Shown: positions 8,146-16,670 of the stretch, one piece after another
Layout: each line of letters starts with the position of its first letter
How positions within the stretch are numbered: position 1 is the stretch's first letter
Origin: Polyangiaceae bacterium
GTDB taxonomy: Bacteria > Myxococcota_A > Polyangia > Polyangiales > Polyangiaceae
Assembly: GCA_033763455.1 (NCBI GenBank)
Contig: JANRKO010000053.1
Location: 1-23,057, forward strand
Reading direction: 5' to 3'
Length of the DNA: 23,057 bases
Position numbers and translations under genes: made by a program
Notes under the pieces: model-generated
The model's database searches: none
Seen by the model: the letters and a program-made list of their open reading frames with translations, nothing else
Told to the model about the DNA's origin: nothing

Positions 8146-9114
8146 TCACTCAAACTTCTCCCAATTCTTCGAAAACCAACCGGACGTCAACGCGTCCAAG
8201 CGCGCCTCTACCTCTAGTGCTTTGAGCGCCTCGAGGGCGAGCTCGTCGTCTTCCACAGTGGACCCCGTGCTCTTCAAACGCGCACGCTGCCACTCGAACA
8301 CCAGACGAATCAGGGATTGCTCGAACTCTACGCGCTCCTTTTCGCTTTGAGCACGTGCTTTTTCGATTGGCAATTCCTCGTCTGCAAACACCAATCGATC
8401 CAAACGGAACGTTGCGCGCCCTTCAAAAATCAGCGCATTTTGCCCCGATTGCGTGTAACGAAAGGGGTCGGTATCCGTCGGCGTTAGGCGTAGCGCCTGA
8501 TCTTGAGATGTTTGAGCGCGGAAGCGCAGCTCCGGCAACAAAGCAGAGGAGCGGGAGCGCTCTTCGAGGCTAGAATACCGTGCTTCGGCTTCGGGATAAC
8601 GCTGAGCGATGAGGCCTTGGTTCACCGTTTCACGCACGAGGCGCAAGATCGCTCTCTTTGGCGCGTGGTGGTCTTTTGCGGTTAAGGTCGGTGCCAGAAA
8701 AGCGGTGGCGTTCGACGGTGAAGCGGTGGGCGTACGGGGCGTCGGCTGAGGTGCCCCTGGTTCGGAGCCGGGAATTAGCTCTGTACGTTGGGAAGCGCTC
8801 GGCGGAGCTTCTTGTTCCAGCTCAGAGGTTGCCAACGCGGGCTCAGTTGTTGCCTCGGAAGAAACACCGGAGCTTGGTGATTTGTCCCGCTTGCGAGTGG
8901 CTCTCGCAGGCGTCGCAATTCTTTCGAGTGGCACATCCAAAAGCGCCAGCGCCCTGTACTCGGTATGCTCAGGGCTTTGCTGAACACTTCCGATTAACGA
9001 CAGCTCAAGTGGAGACGCACTCGGAGGTTGGGCGAAGGCTTGGCTCTGCACGGTGATTGCGGCGGCCAAAAGTGGAGGGCAAGGGTGGCGGTGCCAGCTC
9101 GGAACTTTGCGCAT
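8146..9114 (-). CDS. Hypothetical exported protein; C-terminal domain resembles a single shortened TolC/OEP repeat
   Basis: ATG at 9114 (MRKVPSW) is followed by signal-like LLAAAITVQSQAFAQ and a Pro/Ser/Thr-rich linker. The C-terminal domain reads RSSALLPELRFRAQ...IFEGRATFRLDRLVF...EQSLIRLVFEWQRAR...EARLDALTSG. The ORF-track extension to 9366 is antisense to the PIN remnant. Function not established. Confidence 0.65.
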   Translation of the reverse strand: MRKVPSWHRHPCPPLLAAAITVQSQAFAQPPSASPLELSLIGSVQQSPEHTEYRALALLDVPLERIATPARATRKRDKSPSSGVSSEATTEPALATSELEQEAPPSASQRTELIPGSEPGAPQPTPRTPTASPSNATAFLAPTLTAKDHHAPKRAILRLVRETVNQGLIAQRYPEAEARYSSLEERSRSSALLPELRFRAQTSQDQALRLTPTDTDPFRYTQSGQNALIFEGRATFRLDRLVFADEELPIEKARAQSEKERVEFEQSLIRLVFEWQRARLKSTGSTVEDDELALEALKALEVEARLDALTSGWFSKNWEKFE

Positions 9115-9231
9115 GTGGGCGGCTCGACCACGCGGCGCGGGAGTTGCCTGCAAAGTGATGGAGCCTAAGCCAAAGCGCCCATGCGCCCCACTTTTAGCCG
9201 GATTAGTGCTGGAAAAAGCGCGAGAACGCGC

Positions 9232-9348
9232 AATGCACTGATCGTTCGAGCGGGTGAGAATGCAGGCTGCGCGGTGCTCTTGAGCGAAGATCTGCAGGCG
9301 GGCTCTGTGATTTCCGGGTTGCGGGTGAAGAACCCGTTTGTCGGCTAA
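9232..9348 (+). pseudogene. C-terminal remnant of a PIN-domain (VapC-like) toxin gene
   Basis: The plus-strand frame reads NALIVRAGENAGCAVLLSEDLQAGSVISGLRVKNPFVG*, matching the PIN C-terminus pattern DALIxAAAxxAGCxxLxSEDLQxGxxIxGLxIxNPF. The upstream in-frame sequence (ATG at 9181, MRPTFSRISAGKSARTR) shows no PIN similarity, and the N-terminal DTN motif is absent. Confidence 0.75.
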
Positions 9349-9473
9349 AACCAAGTTCGCCTCCACATACAGGTGGCTCGATCACTGGGCAGAAGGCAAT
9401 TGCCAAGAACAGAATATTGGTTAATTTTCAATTACTTAGACACGACCAAAATTCCATACATCGACGAATGGTC

Positions 9474-9506
9474 TTGACTATTCGACGATATAGCTAACAT
9501 TAGTCA
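9474..9506 (+). promoter_or_regulatory. Candidate promoter/operator for the AAA ATPase gene
   Basis: TTGACT at 9474-9479 and TAACAT at 9495-9500 (spacer only 15 nt), downstream of a locally AT-rich tract (~9410-9460). Inverted repeat TGACTA (9475-9480) / TAGTCA (9501-9506); TCGACGA repeated at 9461 and 9482. Confidence 0.3.
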
Positions 9507-9511
9507 GCCCG

Positions 9512-10717
9512 ATGACCGAACCTCGGCTCTACGACGCCATGCTCCGCCACCACCTGGCAGAGCACCGCCAAATGGCGTTCGTTTCGGGTCCACGGCAGGT
9601 CGGCAAAACGACTACCTGCCGAGCTCAGAGCACCCAGTATCTCAACTGGGACAACACCGACGATCGCCAGCGTATCCTGGCGGGGCCAGGGGCGCTTGCG
9701 GAGCATCTGGGCCTCACTAGGCTTTCAGCTGGGAGGAAAGTGGCTCTCTTCGACGAGCTGCATAAGTACGCGCGCTGGAAGGCGTTACTCAAGGGTTTTT
9801 TCGACACCTACGCCGACGATGTACGCATCATCGTCACCGGAAGCAGCAGGATGGACGTGTTCCGCCGGGGTGGAGATAGCTTGATGGGGCGCTACTTTCC
9901 GTACCGGATGCACCCCTTTTCAGTTGCGGAGCTCATCACCCAGGCACTTCCGGATCCGACGCACATTCTCCGCAGCCCGAGTGATCTCGCGCCCGCGAGG
10001 TGGCTCGCGCTCTGGGAGCACGGTGGCTTCCCTGAGCCATTTCTCAAGTGCAGTGCTCAATTTTCGAGGCGCTGGGGGACCCTGCGCGCGGAGCAGCTCA
10101 CACGAGAGGATATTCGCGACTTCACCCGTGTGCAGGAGCTTGGCCAACTAGCTGCGCTCGCACACCTCCTCCGCTACCGCTCCGCTCAACAGTTGGTGTT
10201 CCAAAATCTCGCCAACGAAGTCCGTATATCTACCGACACCGCGCGGCGCTGGGTGGAGGCTCTACGGCAGTTGCATTTGGGCTTCCTGGTTCGCCCATGG
10301 TTCCGCAACGTGAGCCGCTCGCTGCGAAAAGAGCCCAAATGGTTCCTGCGCGATTGGTCCGGAATCGAAGACGAAGGCAGCCGAGCAGAGACATTTGTTG
10401 CGTGCCACCTGCTCAAAGCGGTCGAAGGTTGGACTGACATGGGGCTAGGGCAGTTTGAGCTCGCATACTTGCGCGACAAGGAAAGACGCGAGGTGGACTT
10501 CGTCGTCATCCGAGATGAAAAGCCGTGGTTCCTAGTGGAAACAAAGCTAAAGCAGGGGCCGCTTAGCCCGGCTCTGGCTCACTATCAAAAGCAAGTGAAC
10601 GCCCCTTTCGCCTTTCAGGTGGCGCTCCAAGCAGATTTCGTCGATGCCAATTGTTTTGAGAAACCTCGCGGGCCACTAGGAGTGCCCGCAAAGACATTGC
10701 TATCGCAGTTGCTCTGA
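9512..10717 (+). CDS. AAA_14 ATPase with C-terminal DUF4143 (COG1373-type ATP-binding protein)
   Basis: Walker A GPRQVGKT; Walker B ALFDELHK; IIVTGSS; SLMGRY; GGFPEPF; SLRKEPKWFLRDW; C-terminal PD-(D/E)XK-like YLRDKERREVDFVV...LVETK. Confidence 0.92.
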   Translation: MTEPRLYDAMLRHHLAEHRQMAFVSGPRQVGKTTTCRAQSTQYLNWDNTDDRQRILAGPGALAEHLGLTRLSAGRKVALFDELHKYARWKALLKGFFDTYADDVRIIVTGSSRMDVFRRGGDSLMGRYFPYRMHPFSVAELITQALPDPTHILRSPSDLAPARWLALWEHGGFPEPFLKCSAQFSRRWGTLRAEQLTREDIRDFTRVQELGQLAALAHLLRYRSAQQLVFQNLANEVRISTDTARRWVEALRQLHLGFLVRPWFRNVSRSLRKEPKWFLRDWSGIEDEGSRAETFVACHLLKAVEGWTDMGLGQFELAYLRDKERREVDFVVIRDEKPWFLVETKLKQGPLSPALAHYQKQVNAPFAFQVALQADFVDANCFEKPRGPLGVPAKTLLSQLL

Positions 10718-10739
10718 CACGCTTAGAGCGCCCCAGGCT

Positions 10740-11762
10740 TCAACCTGCGCGCAACATCTCGAGCGCTCGCCGTTCACCGAGAGCAAGAGTCGGCAAATCA
10801 ATGGCGGGGGGCGTGAAACGGCGGACAATTTGACCCGCGGTGAGTGCTCCTCCGTCCAATTCAATCGCGACCACTAGAGGCTTGAACAGGGCGCCGGAAA
10901 GCCATCCGCAAGCAACCCGCACTACAGTGTTGGGCTCAAAACCAGCCGCTACCGAGCAACCCAAACCAGAACTTAGCGCTATATCCTGAGAGGAACGCAG
11001 CGGCCGCCCAAGGGCGGGAGTGAGCCCGATGATGCGCGCCACCAAGCGCCCTTCGGGTGCTCGCTCTTTCATGCGAAGCAACGTGCTTTCGGAAATTTCC
11101 CAGTACAGGCGTACGTTCCCCGCGCCGATGCTAAAGAACGCAGCATCCGTCGTGATTTGAAGCGGGGTTGGTACCGATTCCACTGGAACCGATTCCGGCG
11201 GAGGCTCGGCCGGCTTGTTCGCTTCTGAGTCCGCTGCGTCCACGGGGCTCGCCTCGGAAGCTGGCGGGGCTTGTTCGGAAACTGGCGACGCTTGTTCAGA
11301 AATCGCCTCATCCTCAAGGACCGCGGCACGCGTTGTCTTCTTTAAGATGTCCTGGCGCAACTCCCTAGCTGCTTCGTGATCAGGCTCCTGGCGCAGAACC
11401 TCATCAAGCATCGAAAGTGCGCGATTGTAGTGGCGTTGAGTTGCGTAGATCTCAGCGAGCGTTACGGTTGCCACCGGCTTTCGCGTCACAGCTTTGGTGT
11501 CCGACCACGCTTCGCCACGTATAACGGCGGCTGCATCCGGCAGGTGGAGCCCGGCTTCGACCACGTTAGCTACGAGATCGCGCGCCACCCCCAACCACCC
11601 TCGCAAATCTTTGCGCGAATGGTCTGTCGGCGCTGTGATGCGAATGATCTCGTCGGCCAACTCAACACGCGTGAGCAACTCGGGCTTCGTAACGCCGAGA
11701 ACACGCGCTTTTGCGATTATTTCTTCGCGGGAAAGCTGATCCAATTCCGACTGCGTGATCAT
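10740..11762 (-). CDS. Hypothetical protein: Rho_N-like helical N-terminus, TPR-like motif, acidic/Pro linker, DUF4912-like C-terminal domain
   Basis: LDQLSREEIIAKARVLGV...LTRVELADEI (Rho_N/HeH-like); TVTLAEIYATQRHYNRALSMLDEVLRQEPDH (TPR-like); VRLYWEIS (DUF4912-like). ATG at 11762 is preceded by GGGGTAGG. Confidence 0.7.
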   Translation of the reverse strand: MITQSELDQLSREEIIAKARVLGVTKPELLTRVELADEIIRITAPTDHSRKDLRGWLGVARDLVANVVEAGLHLPDAAAVIRGEAWSDTKAVTRKPVATVTLAEIYATQRHYNRALSMLDEVLRQEPDHEAARELRQDILKKTTRAAVLEDEAISEQASPVSEQAPPASEASPVDAADSEANKPAEPPPESVPVESVPTPLQITTDAAFFSIGAGNVRLYWEISESTLLRMKERAPEGRLVARIIGLTPALGRPLRSSQDIALSSGLGCSVAAGFEPNTVVRVACGWLSGALFKPLVVAIELDGGALTAGQIVRRFTPPAIDLPTLALGERRALEMLRAG

Positions 11763-11833
11763 CAAGCCTACCCCACTGTTCGTAGCTCCATTGCGTTACC
11801 AAGCGCCAGAGGCCGGGCCCCTGAGAGCCCATT

Positions 11834-12796
11834 CTATGCGGCGCCGAGGCCCGAATAGTTCGCTAGAATGCCCCTAGCGTGCTTTAAATCTTGCTGAACT
11901 TGGGCGACAAGAGCCTCAAGCGATGAGAATTTCTGCTCTTCCCGGAGGCCCTCCACGAGCCCCAGCCGCAGCTTTTCTCCATAGAGATCGCCACGGAAGT
12001 CCAAGATGTGGGCCTCCACACTGAAACCGGCGCCGAGCGTAGGGCGCACGCCAACGTTAGCCACACCTGGGCCGATGGCTCTCGGCCCAGAAGCCGTAAG
12101 CTCCTCGACGAACACCGCGTACACGCCCAAACGTGGAAGAGCTTCCGCCACCTCTGCAAGGTTGGCAGTTGGAAACCCAAGTGCTTGAGCGCGTCCCTGA
12201 CCTCGCACAACCGTGCCGGAAAGCGTGTGGTAGCGCCCCAACACGCGCGACACTTCTTGGACGTTCCCAGCCTCCAGAGCCTGACGCACGCGCGAGCTGG
12301 AAAAGATCCCGCCGTCATCCCCCGAGAGGGCAACGGCCTCCGCTACAAAGCCGAACTTTTCTCCAAGCGCTACAAGGTCTTTGAACTTGCCGCTTCGATT
12401 TTTCCCAAACTCAAAATTCTCTCCCACCATCACTCGCTTGGCACCCAGAAGGCCAACCAAGAGCTCGCTCGCAAACTGCTCGGGAGATTTTTGCGAGAGC
12501 TCCAGCGTGAAAGGGTGAGCCACAACGGCGATGGTTGGGGACACGCGTGCGATCAATTCCGCTTTGAAGCTCAAGCTCGTAAGCTGCGGCAATTTTCCCC
12601 GACCTAGAACTTCCGCCGGGTGAGGATGAAAAGTGAGCAACACGGGGGATAGGCCCAAGCGTTCCGAGAGTTCCACGGCGCGCCGCAAGATGGCAACGTG
12701 CCCACGATGCACGCCGTCGAAGTTGCCGATGACCACCAGCGTGCCCGAAGCGGGTGCTTGAAAATCTTGGGCATTGGGAAACAGCGATATCGGCAC
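11834..12796 (-). CDS. ribF: Bifunctional riboflavin kinase / FAD synthetase
   Basis: GNFDGVHRGH, LTFHPHP, VGENFEFG, SSSRVR, GFPTAN, NVGVRPT, VEAHILDF and LREEQKF motifs. Confidence 0.97.
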   Translation of the reverse strand: MPISLFPNAQDFQAPASGTLVVIGNFDGVHRGHVAILRRAVELSERLGLSPVLLTFHPHPAEVLGRGKLPQLTSLSFKAELIARVSPTIAVVAHPFTLELSQKSPEQFASELLVGLLGAKRVMVGENFEFGKNRSGKFKDLVALGEKFGFVAEAVALSGDDGGIFSSSRVRQALEAGNVQEVSRVLGRYHTLSGTVVRGQGRAQALGFPTANLAEVAEALPRLGVYAVFVEELTASGPRAIGPGVANVGVRPTLGAGFSVEAHILDFRGDLYGEKLRLGLVEGLREEQKFSSLEALVAQVQQDLKHARGILANYSGLGAA

Positions 12797-12883
12797 GCGG
12801 CCGGCTCATACTACACCGTCGCCGAGGCGAGAATCGCTTCAACGCAAAAATCAAGGTGGCTAGCCTCGTGCTCTCCGAATGCG

Positions 12884-12896
12884 TAAAGTGGCGCCC
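12884..12896 (+). promoter_or_regulatory. Candidate -10 box for a leaderless holA transcript
   Basis: TAAAGT at 12884-12889 lies exactly 7 nt before the ATG at 12897. No Shine-Dalgarno and no good -35 element. Confidence 0.35.
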
Positions 12897-13940
12897 ATGA
12901 CGCCCGATCAAGCTCTGCTGGAAGCCAAGTCGGGCACGCTCAAGCCCGTTTACCTGGTGTTGGGCGAAGAGGCTAGGCTCGCCACTGACGTGGTTCGGGC
13001 GCTCCGCGAAGCTGTGACGCGTTCAGGAGTCCTGGGCCTCAACGACGACCAAATGGTGGCCGGAGAACACTCGGTACAGGCCGTGCTCTCCACGGCGAAG
13101 ACTCTACCCATGATGGCCAAACGGCGCGTGGTGGTCGTAAAACAAGTGGAGCGCTGGCAAACCGAGTCGAAGCAAGACAACTCGCTAGATCTGTTGGCGG
13201 ACTACGCGGAGCACCCATCAGAATCTACCGTCCTAATCCTCTCGGCAGGCAAGCTGGATAAGCGCAAACGCTTGGTTACCCGTGCATTGAAGGCTGGGTT
13301 TCTGGTTAACTGCGATACCTTGGATCGCGCAGCCCTGCGCCAGTGGGTCGAACGTACAACCGCCGAGTTAGGTAACAGCATCAGCCGGCCAGCGGCGGAG
13401 CTCCTCGCGGAGTTGGCGGGCCCAGATCTTTCGGGAGTTGCAGATTCCTTGGAGCGGGTTTGCTTGTTTGTGGGTCAAGGCAACGCCGTCACCGAAGCGG
13501 CGATCACCGAATGTGTGGTTCGGCTCCGCGAGACCAACGTGTGGGCGCTGGTGGATGCGGTGGGGCGCAAGGATGTTGGGCTTGCACTCAAGGCTCTGGC
13601 CGAGGTGTACGATCCGTCGGACCGGGGCCTACGCCTCGTTTCGGTACTGGCTTGGTCCGCGCGTCAGCTCATTCGTTTTGAGTCCGCCGTTGCCGACGGG
13701 CTAGCCCCACCGGAAGCCGCCAAGCAGGCCGGGGCGCCCCCTTTCAAAGCTCGGGACCTTGCGGAGCAGGTCAAACGCCTCAGCCGGGCCGAGCTCGAGC
13801 AGTGGCTCGTGGCCTTGGCCGACATCGATCTAGACCTCAAAGGTGGCAGCAAAAGGCCGCCTAGAGCCGTTATCGAACACGCACTCATCCGGCTGTGCCA
13901 AGGGGGCCTGCGAGCCGGGGCTCGCCCCCTCACCGCTTGA
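12897..13940 (+). CDS. holA: DNA polymerase III subunit delta
   Basis: LKPVYLVLGEE, AKTLPMMAKRRVVVVK, KLDKRKR, NVWALVDAV and DIDLDLKGG motifs; typical length. ATG at 12897 preferred (alternative 12879). Confidence 0.93.
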   Translation: MTPDQALLEAKSGTLKPVYLVLGEEARLATDVVRALREAVTRSGVLGLNDDQMVAGEHSVQAVLSTAKTLPMMAKRRVVVVKQVERWQTESKQDNSLDLLADYAEHPSESTVLILSAGKLDKRKRLVTRALKAGFLVNCDTLDRAALRQWVERTTAELGNSISRPAAELLAELAGPDLSGVADSLERVCLFVGQGNAVTEAAITECVVRLRETNVWALVDAVGRKDVGLALKALAEVYDPSDRGLRLVSVLAWSARQLIRFESAVADGLAPPEAAKQAGAPPFKARDLAEQVKRLSRAELEQWLVALADIDLDLKGGSKRPPRAVIEHALIRLCQGGLRAGARPLTA

Positions 13941-14045
13941 CCGGAGCCAAGTCGAGGCCCATGTAACCGGGTACTTGAACCTTCATGGGCCCCTCAAAGC
14001 CTAGGCCCCCACAAAAAACCTCGGCGCAACCCTCCGCGTGACGCT

Positions 14046-14717
14046 ATGAAACCGGCTGCCTCCAGAACCTTCATGAAACTCGAGCCCCTTGCGAACGCCG
14101 CGTTGCCCACCAAGCACGGGGTTTTTCAGTTGCACGTGTACCGCTGGGATGATCCGCGCGCCCATGGGGATCTCAGCAACGAGCACTTAGCACTGGTAAT
14201 GGGGGATATCACCGGGCGCGAAGATGTGCCGGTGCGCGTACATTCCGAGTGCCTCACGAGCGAAGTCTTCGGCTCGCTCAAGTGTGATTGCCGTGAACAG
14301 CTGGAACGCGCGCAAGCCGAGATTGCTAGGCTTGGATTTGGGGTAATCCTCTACCTGCGGCAGGAGGGGCGCGGAATTGGCCTAGCCAACAAGGTACGCG
14401 CCTACGCCCTCCAGGCCCAGGGTGCTGACACGATTGAAGCCAATCAGCTCTTGCACTTGCCAGTAGATGCAAGAACCTACGACGTTGCCGCAGCGATGTT
14501 GCGTTCTCTAGGTGTACGCTCGATTGAGCTTTTGACGAACAATCCGGAGAAAGTACGCTCGCTGCTCGCGCTGGGCGTAAAAGTTTCGAAGCGTCTTCCA
14601 CTCCAGATCAGCGCGAACCCTCACTCGGCGCATTACCTAGAAATTAAGCGTTTGAAGATGAGGCATGAGTTGCCTGCAGCCATTGCAGAGCTTGCGCCCG
14701 AGCCGATCAGCTCCTAG
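14046..14717 (+). CDS. ribA: GTP cyclohydrolase II (monofunctional)
   Basis: VRVHSECLT...FGSLKCDC (three Zn-binding Cys), QEGRGIGLANK, DTIEAN, DARTY and LLTNNPEK. No DHBP synthase domain. The start could also be 14073. Confidence 0.96.
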   Translation: MKPAASRTFMKLEPLANAALPTKHGVFQLHVYRWDDPRAHGDLSNEHLALVMGDITGREDVPVRVHSECLTSEVFGSLKCDCREQLERAQAEIARLGFGVILYLRQEGRGIGLANKVRAYALQAQGADTIEANQLLHLPVDARTYDVAAAMLRSLGVRSIELLTNNPEKVRSLLALGVKVSKRLPLQISANPHSAHYLEIKRLKMRHELPAAIAELAPEPISS

Positions 14718-14727
14718 CGCACCCGCC

Positions 14728-16656
14728 CTAGGGCACTGGGGTGGGAGCCACTGCTGGCCCCGCCATGGCAATGGGGCGATTCACACGGCGTACGTTTCCG
14801 TCCTCCGACGTGAAGTAGATGGCTGTAAGGTCGAGAGCCATATCCACCGTGGCTGAAGGGCCCGACCAGGCCTGCACAGGAGGGGATGGAGGCTGGGTGC
14901 GAATGATCTGCACGATTTCGAAGGTCGAGGGTCGTGGCCTATCCGCGGCAAACACGTCCACCGAGTCTGCGGCAATCGCGGTAATGAGCTCGTGATCATA
15001 GATGGTGAGGCCCATGCCACCACCGCAGTTAGCCAACGGGCAATCCTTCACCTGTTGAGTGCCATTTAGCCAATAGGCGTGCCCGCCAGCTATCGCCAGA
15101 TGCCCAGGCAGGCTCTGTGCCGTCGCGAACGCCTGGGGGCCTCCAATACAGGTTGGGCCCTCGCAGTAGCGGATCTCACCCGCCATTGGCTCGGCCCAGA
15201 ACACCCTGCCCTCGGAAAACTCCATGTCGCCCACGAGCTGGGGCTCATCAGCGAACGGCGCCGCCGCCGCCCCACAATCCCGGGAAATGGCGCAGCTCAA
15301 GAACTTCGTCGCTTCATGCCAGTAGACGTCGGTGTCCCCCGAAGCCATCACCCGAATGGCTTCGGGCGTCGTCGCGATGACTTTGGGGGTGACGTTGGCA
15401 ACGCAGCCGTCTGGCAATGGGCACGAAAGGAGCTGAGAGCCGTTTCCTTGCGGACCTTGGTGACTGAACACCACCGCCTCGGAGGTAAGCTCCATCGCAA
15501 GCACTTTACCGGTACCCGAGAACACCGTCACAGGATTCATTCCACAGCCAGCCACCCCGCAGCGAAATATACCGCTTTGGCCGCCACGTTCTCCCATCCA
15601 AAACACGCCGTGTTTGTTAACGGCGATTGAATCGAGCGCCACAAATCCCGATGCCAAGATCTGCTCTTGGTTCGCCGGGGGATTGGTGGGCTGCGTAGTA
15701 TTGGTGGGCGGTGTGGTAGGCTGAGTTGTGGGAATGGCGCCTCCCGTGGGACTTGGAACGCCTACGATCTGTCCAGAAACCGACGTTCCTGCACCGCAGC
15801 TGGGCATGGAACTTAACTTCGAGGGGCACCCCATCGCGGCCACGAGCGTTACCCCCAAAGAGGTTACGTCACAGACCGCCTTGGGGAAAACAACATCCGC
15901 GCCGTCGACTCGCCAACCATCATTTGTCCCAAAATCAAGTGGCACCACGCAGCCGTTCTGATTGCAAAGCCCCGCCCCTCCCGGCGCTGAACGCAAACCG
16001 AAGTTGATTTGGCTCGTATCCTGACCCTGAGGAATGGGAAGCCTGCAGCCGGCCATCGGGGTAAGTGGGAATGTCGTGGTGAAGCAGCCGGCGAGGTCAA
16101 AACACTGTCCTTCGCCTGCGGCTGTGCCACCTCCGAAGATCGCCTGCTCCGAGTAACTTTCCAGGTTGGCCGAGTTAACGCCTGCACTGGTGCAGGCCCC
16201 AGCCGAACACGACTGATCAGCGGGGCACGCAGACTGCACCTCGCCCTGAACACTGGTTTTCACGGAACGCGCATCCGCGCACAGCCAATGAAGCCTAACG
16301 GGTAGCGTAGCAACGCGATCGGCGGGTACCGTAGTGATTATCTCTTTGAGCACGCGCGGCACGCTCTTCTGAAAGGCAACCACGCGAATGTTCACGGGCA
16401 GCGACGGATCTTTACCGACCGCAAGCGCGAGCGTGGCCGGCAGCTTGAGCGCGCCTGGACCAAGCTCAAAGTCATTGGAGAACTGAATGGCACCGGAGCT
16501 TCGGATCTCAATGCGCACCGAATCAATATCCTTCGGGATACTCATGTCTGTTTCCAGAGTGAGCATGAGCTGACCTGCTGGCTCTTCAGCAGACTTTCCG
16601 CAGGCGCCTGCACAAGCAAGCGTCGCGAGCACAAGGAATCTTCTCCACGGCAACAT
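14728..16656 (-). CDS. Lipoprotein: N-terminal beta-rich/Cys-rich region, Pro/Thr linker, C-terminal ~7-bladed beta-propeller-like repeat domain
   Basis: ATG at 16656 is preceded by GAGGA (alternative TTG at 16674 overlaps the upstream stop). Lipobox-like LACAGA-C; linker PTTQPTTPPTNTTQPTNPP. Repeats of V(F/Y)W...C-x4/5-C include GVFW..IFRCGVAGC, DVYW..FLSCAISRDC, RVFW..IRYCEGPTC and HAYW..VKDCPLANC. Confidence 0.8.
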   Translation of the reverse strand: MLPWRRFLVLATLACAGACGKSAEEPAGQLMLTLETDMSIPKDIDSVRIEIRSSGAIQFSNDFELGPGALKLPATLALAVGKDPSLPVNIRVVAFQKSVPRVLKEIITTVPADRVATLPVRLHWLCADARSVKTSVQGEVQSACPADQSCSAGACTSAGVNSANLESYSEQAIFGGGTAAGEGQCFDLAGCFTTTFPLTPMAGCRLPIPQGQDTSQINFGLRSAPGGAGLCNQNGCVVPLDFGTNDGWRVDGADVVFPKAVCDVTSLGVTLVAAMGCPSKLSSMPSCGAGTSVSGQIVGVPSPTGGAIPTTQPTTPPTNTTQPTNPPANQEQILASGFVALDSIAVNKHGVFWMGERGGQSGIFRCGVAGCGMNPVTVFSGTGKVLAMELTSEAVVFSHQGPQGNGSQLLSCPLPDGCVANVTPKVIATTPEAIRVMASGDTDVYWHEATKFLSCAISRDCGAAAAPFADEPQLVGDMEFSEGRVFWAEPMAGEIRYCEGPTCIGGPQAFATAQSLPGHLAIAGGHAYWLNGTQQVKDCPLANCGGGMGLTIYDHELITAIAADSVDVFAADRPRPSTFEIVQIIRTQPPSPPVQAWSGPSATVDMALDLTAIYFTSEDGNVRRVNRPIAMAGPAVAPTPVP

Positions 16657-16670
16657 AAGCTTCCTCTTCT

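Noticed and set aside
9115..9366. N-terminal extension of the 406-aa minus-strand ORF
   Set aside because: It is antisense to the PIN remnant, and the signal-like segment only begins after the ATG at 9114.
13941..14045. Possible FMN riboswitch upstream of ribA; inverted repeat GGCCCATG/CATGGGCC (13956-13963 / 13984-13991)
   Set aside because: The region is too short and lacks RFN consensus blocks such as AGGGC.GGGTGAAATTCCC. The hairpin has a 20-nt loop and no U-tract directly after it, so it is not called a terminator either.
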